This document shows, in pieces, positions 1-12,306 of a stretch of DNA of 64,000 bases (position 1 is the stretch's first letter; the number at the start of each line of letters is the position of its first letter). The DNA is taken from positions 310,001 to 374,000 of the forward strand of contig JAAOMT010000572.1 of NCBI GenBank assembly GCA_016748015.1. The letters run 5' to 3'. The notes below the pieces were generated by a model. It ran no database searches. It was given only the letters and a program-made list of their open reading frames with translations, and was not told the DNA's origin. The translations under genes and the position numbers were made by a program. The stretch is from Geosiphon pyriformis uo1. Taxonomy: Eukaryota > Fungi > Glomeromycota.

Positions 1-1736
1 AATTCAAAAAGTGCAACAAAAACTAAAACATAGAAACTGTTTTCAGAAGCAATTTTGGCAGTAATAAATAGAATTGGTTGGATTTGTTTTTAATACAATG
101 GTGAAATAAAGAAAGAAATATTAAATTAAAAAAAATGGTATTACAAAAAAAAGTATAAACAAAAGTTTTGTAGAGCTGTTATTGATTTTGGCATTTATAC
201 ATTTTTACATAGAATTTTTTATTAAAAAATAAGCAAAATTATAAAAAATTATTTAATAAAGTCTTGATTCTTTTTTGGAGTTTATACAAAAAATAGTTAT
301 TTTATATTATTAATATGGTATAATCAATTTAAAACTTTTAAACTCAATAATTTAAAAGACAACTTGTAAAATAATGGCTGAAAAAGCCAATTTATTTTAG
401 CTTTATCTTATTTTTAATGATTAATTTATATTAAAAAGGCCTATATAATTAAAACTTATTAAGTAATATCTATTTATAAAAATACTTAATTTATATAAAA
501 TACAAAGTTGTAATAATAAATATGTGTACTTGTACATTTTTTGTTATTTTATTTTTTCTCAGACTAATTTTTTATCAAAATATATAAGTTTTATTACAGT
601 TATAATTAGTTAAGAATTTTGTAAAAGAAATTTTCAAAATGAGTGACAAATTATTTTTATTTTTATTACTCTAATCTTAAATTAATAAAATTATATTTAT
701 AATTTAGATATGCTTATATTAAATTGAATTTACGTATTTAATAACTTATCTAAATCTTGTTCATGTTATTTATTTTAATCTTCATTTGATTCAATTTGTT
801 TTATATAATAAAAATGTGTTATCATAATTTATATTTTTTGATTATATTAGTTAATTTTTTATATTATTTATTATATTTAATAATTTGCAAAACTATCTGA
901 CTTTTAATACTTTTTAAGTTTAAATTAATCAGATTTTTTGCTTAAAAAATGTAATAATTAACACAATAATTAAAAGAAACTTGTTATTGGTTGTTTTATA
1001 CGATAAAATTACAAGAAATAAAAAAATTTCAGGTTTTATTTGAACAAGATAATTTACAAAACAAAAATTAATTTAACATATTTATTTATTTTTAGAATTT
1101 TGCGTTTGGTTGTTAGATTTTTGGAGTCAATATAAATAAAATTTGATTGAATTTATGCATTATTATTTGAATAAAAATAAATTTTAATTTTTTTATTTAA
1201 TTTGCAATAAAAAAGTATTTTATAACATTAAAAAAGAACTATTTTGTGTCAGTAAAAATGTACATTTTTCTCTCTAATAATATTAGTGGACTGTGGAAAA
1301 TATGATCCATTTAGCTGATATACAATTGCCCTTAGCTGAAATTTTTATCGGAGGTTTATAAAATCTACATTTTCGCACTAAATTCCCAATTTAGTTTGAG
1401 AGGTAATTGCTTATGAACTGAGGTCTTGAAGATTACAATTGATGCCAAAGATTTATTCTTCACGTTGGGCAGGGCTCAATAACAACGAAATCTACTATTA
1501 CTGATACATGTATATGGTTAAAGGGAATCTGATGACATAAATTAAGTATGACTAAAAGATAATTTTTTAATTATAATGAATAACAATTAATGGTAAAGTC
1601 AAGAGAAAAAATTCTCGATAAACAAAAACTTTTAAAAAAAATGGAACAATTAAATTCCGATCCCGACAAACATTAAGATAATAATTTAAAATATACATTC
1701 GGTTCATACAAGTAATATCCTGTCACACTTCCATCA

Positions 1737-2849
1737 ATGCTAAATTCAATAAGCAAATCTGGCGCTCTCAGAGTATTGATTATAACTACGAGTATTACAA
1801 TTGTAATCTTTGCTTTGGTACAATCAAGAATTTTTGGTCAAAGTTGGAGGCCGAAGAGGGAGATTACAAAAGGAAAGCTTAAAAAACATTTAGAATTGTT
1901 GGATAAAAATTTCAGACGAAGAATTTATTCGAATGACATTGCAATAAATGATGGACAAAATTTTCAGGGTGGTGACTCATCAAACTCACCGCCAATAACT
2001 CGATTAAATAGTGAGGGAACCATTTTATTTCTCACTCAAATGGCTCGTTGTGCCAATATGGCTTACTGTTACCCTTCCGCTCCGGGTACTATAGGCTCTG
2101 AAACAACATATGGTATTATTAAGAAGTTTCATTGATTTTCATTGAATTTATTTTAATACTCATCATCAAAAAAAATCATTTCATTTTGAAATATGTTTTA
2201 GTCAACACTGTTATGAATATTAAAGGTAATGAGGTAATTATGTATTTTCATGCTCCTGATTTGAGTATCGAAGAATGGGTTAATAGGATACCTAGGCTGA
2301 CGAAATATGAAGAATTGGACGGTGCCTATGTGGAACACAGTTGGTATCATGATGTGCGTGAAATGATAGAACCACTTTTCAACCTACTACGCAAGTCCAT
2401 AGATACTCTTAAAATGAAAAGAGTTCNNNNNNNNNNNNNNNNNNNNNNNNNNNNNNNNNNNNNNNNNNNNNNNNNNNNNNNNNNNNNNNNNNNNNNNNNN
2501 NNNNNNNNNNNNNNNNNNNNNNNNNNNNNNNNNNNNNNNNNNNNNNNNNNNNNNNNNNNNNNNNNNNNNNNNNNNNNNNNNNNNNNNNNNNNNNNNNNNN
2601 NNNNNNNNNNCAAATGCCCTGGATACTCATATGTCAATGTTGGAGCTGGCGAGAATAGGGTAGGTTATACAAGAATGGTTTTATTGCTTGAATATACGTG
2701 AAAACTGAACTGATTCAATTCTGGTTTTGTAGGAATGTAACTCAGGGACTGATGGTAGAGGAACATCAGTGCATTTTGGGCCTTATTTTAATACCACGTT
2801 CAAAGATTGTCGTGAATTTTTATCTCGAGCTTGGTCTCGAACTAATTAA
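1737..2849 (+). CDS. Secreted class-3 lipase-like (alpha/beta hydrolase) protein, spliced, interrupted by an assembly gap
   Basis: Exons 1737-2112, 2202-(gap 2427-2610)-2659, 2733-2849 with GT-AG introns. Hydrophobic N-terminus, 'QMARCANMAYC', 'GAYVEHSWY', and C-terminal 'CPG...ENRECNSGT...HFGPYFN' typical of fungal Lipase_3. The GxSxG nucleophile elbow is expected right after 'KRV' and falls in the N gap. Confidence 0.75.
2427..2610. other. Assembly gap (184 N)
   Basis: Run of N in the sequence. Confidence 1.
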
Positions 2850-4842
2850 GAAATATTAGATTTCAGAATACAGATTTATAAGAAGAAAGAATATTTGGCT
2901 CGAAGTTAACTCACATTATGCCCCTAATTTTTTATACCGATTTTATTGAAAGGATTATATTTTCTTCGATATTGATTCATCATCATTTTAATTAAAAATA
3001 TGTAGTTGGCTAAAGATTTTTTCAGCTATTTTTATAATTACAAATTGCATAATCAATTTTACTTGAATAATTTAGTTTTATATTCCCTCCTAAATAAATC
3101 AATAATTGAAATGGACACTGTAAACTCCCATGAAAAAAATTTAATTTTTATAATCGCATTGATAAAAAGTGTCACGTCTTAGAGAAATAAATTCTGAAAC
3201 ATTAGCAAAAATATAATCTCTTTGTTTTTATTCCATTCAATTTTATTAATTATTCAGCTAATTTTCAACCTAGTAAAATGCGAGAGTGAAGGATAATATA
3301 TTAAATATCCCTCGTAATACTTTCTATTGAAGACTATAACCTCAAATATTCCTAATATTCCATTAATATCTTGAGCTCTCATTGAAAACTCGTAATATTC
3401 AGTATTATATTGGATGTGGTTCTCCTAATTAAAAGACTTGGGAAAAGAAAGTGCTTTTCGTTAAAAAACCAAAGAGAATTTTCAGAAAATTTTAAATTTA
3501 TAGAAAAGTCATATTATGATAGCTTAAATAAGGCCTTCACTTTCTTAATAATTGAAGTTTGAATTTTTTAAATCAATATATTCAAAGAAAAATAGAGCTT
3601 GAAAGATGGAGTTTTAAATAAAAGAAATTTTGAATATACGTTAATTTTAATAACATCTGGATAAGTCTTTGTTGTTTGAAATTATGAAAATTTGGTTATG
3701 ACCCCGAAAATACGATTCCGCAAAACTTAAGATTTTAATAATCCTAGTCTTTTTCATTTATAAAAATAATTTCAAGTTAAAGTTCAAGTTTAAATCCTTG
3801 AAAAAGGGAAACCCTAAAAATTCTCTAGCCAACGAATGCTCTGAAACTAAGATGTCTGGAATTTTTTTTGGACACTTGAGTAAAGACTTTTCATTAAATG
3901 GTAGGACAGAAAAAATAAAGAAATTCATATTTTTTACTGGGCCTCTGTCTGTTAGTTTATTTTTACATCAAATTAAGATTTAAAAAGGTGTTTTAAGAAC
4001 AATTGTAAAAATTCTTCTGAAAGCAGTTCCATAGAATGAAATCTTGGAATTCCATCTCTTTTCATTCAGTAATTGAGTATATTGATTTTTTATGTTGCAG
4101 AAATTATTACTTATTACAGAATTTCTTAAAATTACAGTTCAGAACCTTTTAAGAAGGATTGCGCCACATTCTAATTATTTAAAAAAATATCCCTAATTAC
4201 ATGCAGTGCTAACTTAGATCATTAATTGCTGCATGAGCCCTAATAGTGGATTAAACAATCCATCCGGTCAGTGGTTCAACCCTTAATTTATCAACCTGCT
4301 TAGCATGCATTTTGGTTTTAAACTCAGGTGATTTTTTATATATATCATCGTCGTGTTTTTTTTCTTTGGGAATATTTTTATATATTCACAAATCATGTAT
4401 ATGGCAGCTTCCGATGGGGTTTTTTATACTTCCTAGTATCGTGTCCCCAACGTACGAATGATTGCATGGATATGAAATGATTTTTTTGAACTTTTCGAAC
4501 GTATAAACGGGTTTTTAGTCAATATTTAATCGACAAAACCCTTGTTGTCTCACTCACAAAACTATTCTCAACTTCCTACAAAGAACTTAGGACAAATAGG
4601 AAACCCTTTAAGGCAGATATAAATCTACAGATTTCTTTTTAAATTTTTCAAGTGCAACCTATTTTCATTAAATCATTCTTAACAAAAATAAGCTCTTTTC
4701 CAATAATAGACTGAAACTTGGTGGTGCCACCAATTGGCTCAGGGAATTTGCATGCTGATCAGAGGCTTTGATAAAATGCCAAATACGGCATATGCACAAA
4801 TATTTAAATTTTGTTCATTCGTTGTTGTGTTTTTCCCACTCA

Positions 4843-6104
4843 ATGGAATTTTTTCCCCAAAAATCGACGTTTCAACACATCGCTCCATTAACGCCAACCG
4901 CCGAAATAGCCTGGCTGAACCAAATGATAACTGGACAACGAAAGAATAACACTTCTTCAAATCATGACATAATCGATATTACAGTCGAAGAAATTTATTC
5001 GGAAGAAAAAATTCATTCCATTGTTGATTGTCTATGGGAGATTTATACGAAAAGCAATGAAGCATGGTATCACGATAGTATCATATTACCAAAGATAAAA
5101 ACATGGATGGAGAAGAATAAATATAATCCTAGAAAAGTATTACAGTTGGTTGAGAACCGTAGTGGTCTAATAAAGTATACTCCATTGCTAGCATTTTTGT
5201 TTCTTTATGGTGGGTTGGAAGGTTAAAAGAATTTTGAAAATTTCTATGAGATTGATGAAAAGCAAAACTCTGAAAGCATCCTCATTGCTCATTCGCTTCA
5301 GGCATTGGTACACAAATCGACCATAAAAAGGCCTTCAAGTATTATAAAATAGCTGCAGAGAATGGTGATGCTATCGCGCAAAATGAACTTGGAGCACTTT
5401 ATGATTACGGAATTGGAACACGAAAGAATGAAGTGGAAGCCTTCTCTTGGTATCTTAAATCTGCTGAAAATGGCTTTGCTGCTGGCCAGTCTAATGTTGG
5501 ATGTTGCTATTATAATGGGTAGAGCCTCTTATATTTTATTTTGATTTAAAAAACGAAGCTTTGTCAAATTTGCCAGTTTTCTATCTAAGGGAATTCGTAG
5601 AGGCTAACGAAAAAGAAGCCGTCTACTGGTTCAAAAAAGCTGCAAAAGCTGGGTAATTTCCAAATCCCTACAGTATTTTGCATCACATTTCTGAATTTCA
5701 TTATAAGATTACTTCCAATTCACAGACACAGTAAAGCACAGGACTACCTCGGCAATTGCTACCTGCAAGGTGAAGGCGTTGAAAAAGACGAAAATTTAGC
5801 ATTCTATTGGTATCACGAATCTGCGAAACGTGATAATCCCTCGGCTCAAAATGATCTCGGATACAGTTATGCAGGTGGTCATGGTACGAAGGTTAATGTG
5901 GTAAAAGGCTTTTATTGGTATAAAAGGTCTGCAGAAGGTGGCTACTTAACTGGACAACATAATCTCGCTCACAGTTTTCAGTATGGGCAAGGAACTGGGA
6001 AGGATATACATTTCGCCATACGATGGTTTTGCCTTGCACATTCGAGTGGATACCAAAATGCTCGTTCCAGACTTGAAATAGTTTTTAGAATGTGCGACCA
6101 TTAA
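4843..6104 (+). CDS. Sel1-like repeat (HCP-like) protein, 4 exons
   Basis: Exons 4843-5209, 5302-5518, 5590-5652, 5726-6104 (GT-AG) give one continuous frame with repeats such as 'GIGTQIDHKKAFKYYKIAAENGDAIAQNELG', 'AQDYLGNCYLQGEGVEKDENLAFYWYHESA', 'GQHNLAHSFQYGQGTGKD'. The start ATG is inferred; an in-frame upstream ATG exists. Confidence 0.9.
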
Positions 6105-6421
6105 TCGGAACAGAATGTTTTTTTTAGACAACAATCTTAGCTTTTTCAAATTTTATTTATATAATAAAGGTTTTGCGCAATTTCCTGAATTTCACTTGGG
6201 GATTTCCTTTTTTTGAAGCACAATAAAGGAAGGGCTTCTGAAGTAATAACTGCCTTATATTTCAATTTAAATTACATTATCTAACCGAATCAAGTCGATA
6301 ATTTTTGACAAAGATGTTCAATAGTCAAGGTGAGAAATCTGGAGATAAAAGTGCAGCTAATAAAACTATCTGATATTTTTTTTAACACTTCACGGGACTC
6401 ATCTAGAGAAGGAAAAATTAA

Positions 6422-7965
6422 CTATCTATAATAGATCTGTAAGGAACTATTAGTCTTCACCTGGAAACCCTTGGCGTTTATCATAATTCCGTTGATTTGG
6501 GTGGGTAGTGTCAAACTTACTTGGAGTTTGGCACAATACGGAGGGAAATGCAGGTAATCGCCTATGCGAGAGCTGCTCGATGGACCTAGGTACAGCTAAA
6601 ATAAAATTACAGGGTAATTTGAAAGAAAATTCAAATGAAAAATACTGTCCATTTGAATGACAAATAATTAAAACATACAAATTTTGGATGGTTAGGATCA
6701 AGATCATCAATGGAGAAATCATTCGGGGATCTTTTTGAGGCCATTTGTGCTTGCCAATAAATGCTGTTATCCTCTCTAGTTGTAGTATTTATAAGCAAAA
6801 TCGCTTCCTATGTAAAAAAAGATACCAGATATTTCATTCTTTAGACAACAGAAAAGTCAAGTATGTCAAAAACCTTCTCGAAAATGAAGATACCTCAAAT
6901 CTTCCTACTGTTTCAAAGGTAAAAGTCAAATTGTCTGAATAGTTCAAATAACTCTTTAGATCGATCGTTTTTCCTGGTGGTGAATATACCTTTTCTTTTT
7001 GATTGTATGAAAGGTTTTTGCATTTCTGGCGATTTACTAATACTAACCCCTTCGAAAAGGGCAAATGACCCATGAGAAGGTTGAAATCAAGAAATCAGCA
7101 AAACAAATTTTATTTATTAGATTCTTACTAATAATATCAAGAAAATAATTATTAAAACCCCGAAAAATCCAAATAGAAACCTCCACCTCAAAATCTTCCG
7201 CCACATAGGTCGCTTTGTACTTTGAAAGCGATCTGAGGGATCTTGTACTGCGAAGGAATCTACAACGGCGTTATTGACCTCTGAGAAATTACCCCCCCCC
7301 CCCTATATTAGCAAACATTCGGTTGAAAGCCAATTGAATGTATCAATGAAATTCCAAGTACCATTCTCTGGATTGTAGAAATAACTCGGTTTTTTCCAAA
7401 AATTTTGTTTAAAAAAGGATTGCACTGCTTTATGCGGTGTTATTGGTTTATTGTTCTCATGGCTTTCATCAAAGTCTCGGACTAAAAATTTAAAAAGAAT
7501 ATTACTAAAATATCAGCGGCAAAATCGTAGTTATCATTTACTTACCTTCTGTCAAATTTTCATTGGGCCTATCGATAGTTGGGTCAATATGAGGCCTATT
7601 ATATACTGTGAAAAATAAAATTTCTTAAATAAAGAAGGAAGACTAGAAGGAAGACTGGAAGGAAAAAATGTAAGAAATACCCTTTGTTGCCAAATTGGTC
7701 CCTAAATTCAAATACGAAGGCGTTAGTTTTTATGGATCCAATGAATCATGATCTATCCAATAATTGTGTTCTAAATTTGCCAGACTTCAGAAAAAAATAT
7801 AGATTTCAACTGATAAAGCTAGAAATAAATACCATGAACTGAAGAATATCCTGCAATTGAACATAATTTTCGAATCAAAGTTTAAACAAAAACTTGTAAC
7901 TCAAAAGTGCATGAATTTCAAGAGTTTCATCAAAAATTACTTGTATTCGTCACATTATCCGCCAT
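6422..7965 (-). CDS. 9-exon single-pass membrane protein of unknown function with one in-frame TAA in exon 3 (young pseudogene or poison-exon gene)
   Basis: Exons 7965-7941, 7850-7833, 7752-7681, 7605-7546, 7481-7362, 7280-7129, 7049-6894, 6807-6679, 6595-6422, all GT-AG, total 906 nt. They read MADNVTNTRYSSVHDHDSLDP*KLTPSY...RPMWRKILRWRFLFGFFGVLIIIFLILLGLVLVNRQKC...PPYCAKLQVSLTLPTQINGIMINAKG...YYR*. TAA at 7730-7732. Confidence 0.7.
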
Positions 7966-8433
7966 ACCAAATCTTCACAATTATTTACTATCTTTACAGG
8001 AGTGATTGTTGTGGGAAATGCTCTATACAAAAAAATCTCAGCGAGAGTCGAGTGATTTTAATTTAGATGGTAGAGAAATGCAAAAAAGCTGGGATGTCAA
8101 GTTTAGAACACAAATTATTTAAGGCTGCAAAGAGAACTAAAAGCATTTGTAAGAAAAATAGATAGCAGATCAAACAAAGGAATAATAAATGGTTTTAATT
8201 TTAAGGAAACGCTGGGTACACAAATGGAGCTCGGAGCCCTGTCACTGACAATTTTTAAGATAACACTAACTTTTAAAATTGAGTTGGCTAACCAATTTTG
8301 ATAGGAAGTCGATGGAAAATGTAATTGACACTTTTCTAGTTCTGATTGAATTAAAAACAAACAGGTTTATTCTAATAATTTAGGTTAAAAGTAAATTATT
8401 TAATAATGGGTCTATTACCAATTAATAAAATAA

Positions 8434-8880
8434 TTACAATTTTGTGTTACGTTTCTTTGATAAGACTTCGTAGGTATTAGTGCTATTTCCTGCATGATCT
8501 TCGGAGAGAATCAAGGCACCATCAAGGAATGCCTAGAGAGAGATTCCTCGAGCGCCATTTTCATCTATCTATTACAGTTCCTTAATTTCGGCATTGGATC
8601 CTCAAGAATTCCGCTTTGGCTATCAAACGTTGCCGAAATCGATGATGTGCCCAACCGAGCATTTTCAAACTGTCTTTCGTGTAGTTTTTCGCATTTTCGG
8701 TTTATCATATTTGACACTTCAAAAGCCGCAATTATTTTTTTGTAAAAGTGTAGTTTTTGCTGAATCCATGACACTGTCTTATCAAGTCTTTTAGCCTTCT
8801 TCTTTTTATGTTTGGAGGTTGATTGTACCAAATTATCTTGCTAAAATTCGGTGATTATATGAGATATAATGCCTTACAAG
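8434..8880 (-). pseudogene. Degenerate Fanzor2 / IS607-TnpB-like RNA-guided nuclease relic
   Basis: Minus-strand translation across frameshifts gives 'KKKKAKRLDKTVSWIQQK', 'IIAAFEVSNMINRK', 'RKTV*/KMLGWAHHRFRQRLIAKAE' (KMLGW at 8665-8651), 'CRN*GTVIDR/DENGARGISL*AFLDGALIL' (DENGARGI at 8565-8542). These are collinear TnpB/Fanzor RuvC-II-region, W-x-H-x-x-F helix, zinc-finger and RuvC-III (DRDxNGAxxI) motifs, with stops, frameshifts and internal deletions. Confidence 0.8.
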
Positions 8881-11145
8881 AATAAAAAGAAATATGAGAT
8901 AAAATATTTGGCTGGAATTTCTTGCTGCTAATGTATCATCAGAAATATTAACAGAAACACTTTCAAAACAGTTTTGAAACTAGATTTTCTCTCAAACAAC
9001 CATTCTACAAAATGTTGTTTGCTCTATGCTGCTATTTGTTGAAGCTTTACATCTTTCTCTTGATTTATGTTCTTTTCAGTTTAAACATTATCATGAATTA
9101 TCTTTCAGCCATATCTGTTATGTAGGTTCAAATTTGCAAGCTTTGTAATATTATTAACATTAACAATTTTAATAAACAATTATATTATAGTTATATTGTG
9201 TTAGTTTTATCTATTAATTTAACATCTGCTTCTGACCAATAATGCATAATTGAGTGTTTTTAAGATGTTTTTGTTTGTTTTATGTCATTAATATTTTAGT
9301 GCTTTTATGCATGATAAACAGTTTTTTCTCTTATATATCACAAATGAAAATGGTATTAATAGCAATAATATTTTTAACAAGTTGGCATTGATTAAAAGTT
9401 AATTTTTGGAAAAAAGCAGCAATTTTGTAAAAGAAGATCAAAAATAAAATAACAAAAACAATTTTTTTTGCAGTGAATAATAAGAACTTTAAAAAATATT
9501 TTGGTTAGATGATTCCAGTAGAACTTTAAGTTTTAAATACTTAAAGTTAATATTAAATTAATGTTTATATTTAGAAGTTAAACAAAAAATTTTGTTTTTA
9601 TTGTTCAAAATTTATTTTGGTAACAAAAGGAATTATAAAAGTACTAGTAATGCTATTATATTTTGAAATATGTACTTTAAAAAGAAAAAATTGTAAAATG
9701 TGTCAAATAATAATGTTTGAGTCAATAATGTAAAAAATCTCAAATTTTTGTTGTCATGTGTATAAATAAATAAGTAAACAAAAATATAAGTATTTTTTTT
9801 AATTTAAACCAATAATTAAAACAACTTTATTTTAAATAATAATCAACAAAAAATAGTAAAAACAATATTAATAAACTTGAAAAAAAGTTTTATAATTTAA
9901 AAAACACAATCAAAAAAAATAATAGACTGGTCTAAAAATATATTTAGATAATTATTAAAATCTTTAGGCTCAAATTTAATAAAATACTCATAAAATAAAA
10001 TTTACAGAAATTTGTAAAATTTTCTTGAGACCATTTTTGATTATCATTATTTTTATAGCTTATATAATATGACATTGAAATTGATTTTTGTACTTGAGTT
10101 ATTAAAAATATTTCTTAAAAAATAAATAATATAATAAGAATTAAAATTAAATATACAAGATGGTAAACACATATTTTATAAAAAGTTGATAACAAAACTT
10201 ATTTTTATAAAATTAGTCAAATAAACATAGCAGTTAGTGAAGAAAAATTTATAATTATTAGCAATTAAATTAATATAAAATAGTTGTATAAAATTGTCTT
10301 TTCTAATGCTATTTTTTTTTGTGCAAGCCGCTGTAGCATGACTTTCTTGCATTTTTACTGGAATCTTGAAACTTGTATAGCAAAATCAATTGTTGCTTGT
10401 GCAAAATAAAAATTTCGAGACTTTCTTATTAGTCAAAATATTCATGTAATTCCATGTATACATTTTTCATATGAAATCTAGAAACGGCATTCAAACTTAA
10501 ACTTAGGTGAAACTGATTTTATGAGTCTCAACTCAAAGTATATTTATTTAACCTGAATCAAATAATCACTTTTAAAAGCTTTACATGAAAATTATTGGAT
10601 AAGATTTTTTCCTTTATGGCTACAAGTAGGTATACAAGCTTTTTTACAGCTTTCGAAATTTCAATTCGTTGGAAACTGAGGCTATCGAGAAGTTTTGTAA
10701 GTATATTTAAAAACTTTTTGAAAACCCAACTGTCATTTCCCATTACCAGGAAAATATAAAAAAGTTAATTAATGACAATCTGTCACCCCGTAAAAAATCT
10801 CAAGATTCGGCAAAGATCAAGTCTTATGTTGATTCTTTGATTCATTGTATGAAATAATTCAACATATACCTATTATTATTATTTTAGAGATTTAATGGGT
10901 AAGTTTTCCCTTCAGTCGTTTAATCTAATTCAATTCTAACATAAACTAACTGATGTCTTGGAAAGGGCTGCTTAGTAGAAATTGAGTAAATTGTAAAAGT
11001 ATGACAATTATAAAAAATTTTTACAGTTGTAGATTGAGGAAAGTCAATTGTGACTGGCAAGTATTTAACAACCATAAACATGAACACAATTGAATACTAA
11101 TTAACTTATACACGAAAAACTCTATTTAGCATACAACTATATATT

Positions 11146-12306
11146 TTATCTTGATTTCATGCATTCCTCCCAACTGACATATCCCTGTGATGCTCCAGGC
11201 ATCACCAAAACATCAAGTATTTCATCACCACACTCTTCATCGAATGAATAATCGTCATCAAATGGGTTTACCTCAGCTTTTTGAGCTTCCTTTAGTAGGC
11301 TATCATCATGTATTGACAAAACACGGTCGATGATGTTACGATTTACAGGAAAACCTGACCTATAAGGGATACTCGAGCTACCTTTTTCATTATCATAATC
11401 CTCAGGATAGTAGGAGGCTTCCAAGGATGGATGTATATTATTGGAGTCGCTAAACAATTTTTTATCTGACAACGGTTTATTAGAGATTGGTCGCATGCCG
11501 GCTAAAGGTGGTATTGAGATTTGGGAGTTTTTTATATTGTGGAACCGTTGATTGTTAGTGATACAATTTCTTGATCCTCGCTTAAATTTTTTCTTCATTT
11601 TGAAAAATATTGCCAGAAGTAGAGCCATTGCTAAACATAGAATGAAGACTTTCCAAGATGTTCCAATTGTTGAATTAATTTTAGAATTTTGGCCATCTTT
11701 TACAACGGAATTTTGGCCATCTAATGAAGAATCATTTCCAAAGGAAGGATAGACGGGAATTGCCAATGTATTCGATTGAGAATAATTATCTAAATTTTCC
11801 GAGGGATTTGATTGTATTGTACTGGTAAATTTCTCTATTGAAGCTGATCCAGTCACGTTCAATTGTTGCTTGTTTGATACAGCAGAATTAGATGATGTAG
11901 GAGTCGCTGAATTAAATAAAGAGTTTGAATTTGATGGTTTCTGAGAAAGGTTAAAATTTGAAGAAGAGGTAGTTGGGATACTTTGGTTGCTTTCCTTTAC
12001 GTCATTTTTGCTGCTATCACTATTTTGTTTCATAGATTCTTGAGTGCTAGTATTAATGCGAGAACTTGAACTGACAGATGCGGCAAGAGGGGAAGAGATT
12101 TCCAAATCTGATTTGGGCTGGTTGCCATTACTTTTGGGAGTATCACTTTTATTATCTTTATTTAGGACATGATTCGCACTATCGTTTGAATTCGAATTTT
12201 CCTGGGCAACTTGTATATTATTGTTATTATTCGGTGTATCTTGGTTATTATGATTATTTGAATTGATATTAGCTTCTAGTTTTATGCTATTATTGATCTG
12301 AACCAT
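11146..12306 (-). CDS. Ser/Asn-rich low-complexity single-pass membrane protein (386 aa; Mid2/Wsc-like architecture)
   Basis: Uninterrupted 386-aa ORF: S/N/T-rich N-terminal half, one TM helix 'WKVFILCLAMALLLAIFF' followed by basic 'KMKKKFKR', acidic tail with 'NPFDDD'. No clear signal peptide. Confidence 0.8.
   Translation of the reverse strand: MVQINNSIKLEANINSNNHNNQDTPNNNNNIQVAQENSNSNDSANHVLNKDNKSDTPKSNGNQPKSDLEISSPLAASVSSSSRINTSTQESMKQNSDSSKNDVKESNQSIPTTSSSNFNLSQKPSNSNSLFNSATPTSSNSAVSNKQQLNVTGSASIEKFTSTIQSNPSENLDNYSQSNTLAIPVYPSFGNDSSLDGQNSVVKDGQNSKINSTIGTSWKVFILCLAMALLLAIFFKMKKKFKRGSRNCITNNQRFHNIKNSQISIPPLAGMRPISNKPLSDKKLFSDSNNIHPSLEASYYPEDYDNEKGSSSIPYRSGFPVNRNIIDRVLSIHDDSLLKEAQKAEVNPFDDDYSFDEECGDEILDVLVMPGASQGYVSWEECMKSR

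Noticed and set aside
4200-4480. Short hairpins upstream of the Sel1 gene (possible ncRNA or TPP riboswitch)
   Set aside because: Lacks the TPP, snRNA or tRNA consensus; stems are short.
6450-6722. 90-aa ORF from the track
   Set aside because: Crosses an intron and reads in the wrong frame relative to the 9-exon model.
8565-8831. 88-aa ORF as an intact small gene, and the overlapping plus-strand ORFs
   Set aside because: TTG start, and it drifts out of the conserved frame; better explained as part of the Fanzor relic.
8890-10335. Possible DNA transposon abutting the Fanzor relic, with a TIR-like end 'gtgcaagccgctg|ta' at ~10321-10335
   Set aside because: No matching second TIR or recognisable transposase motif found.
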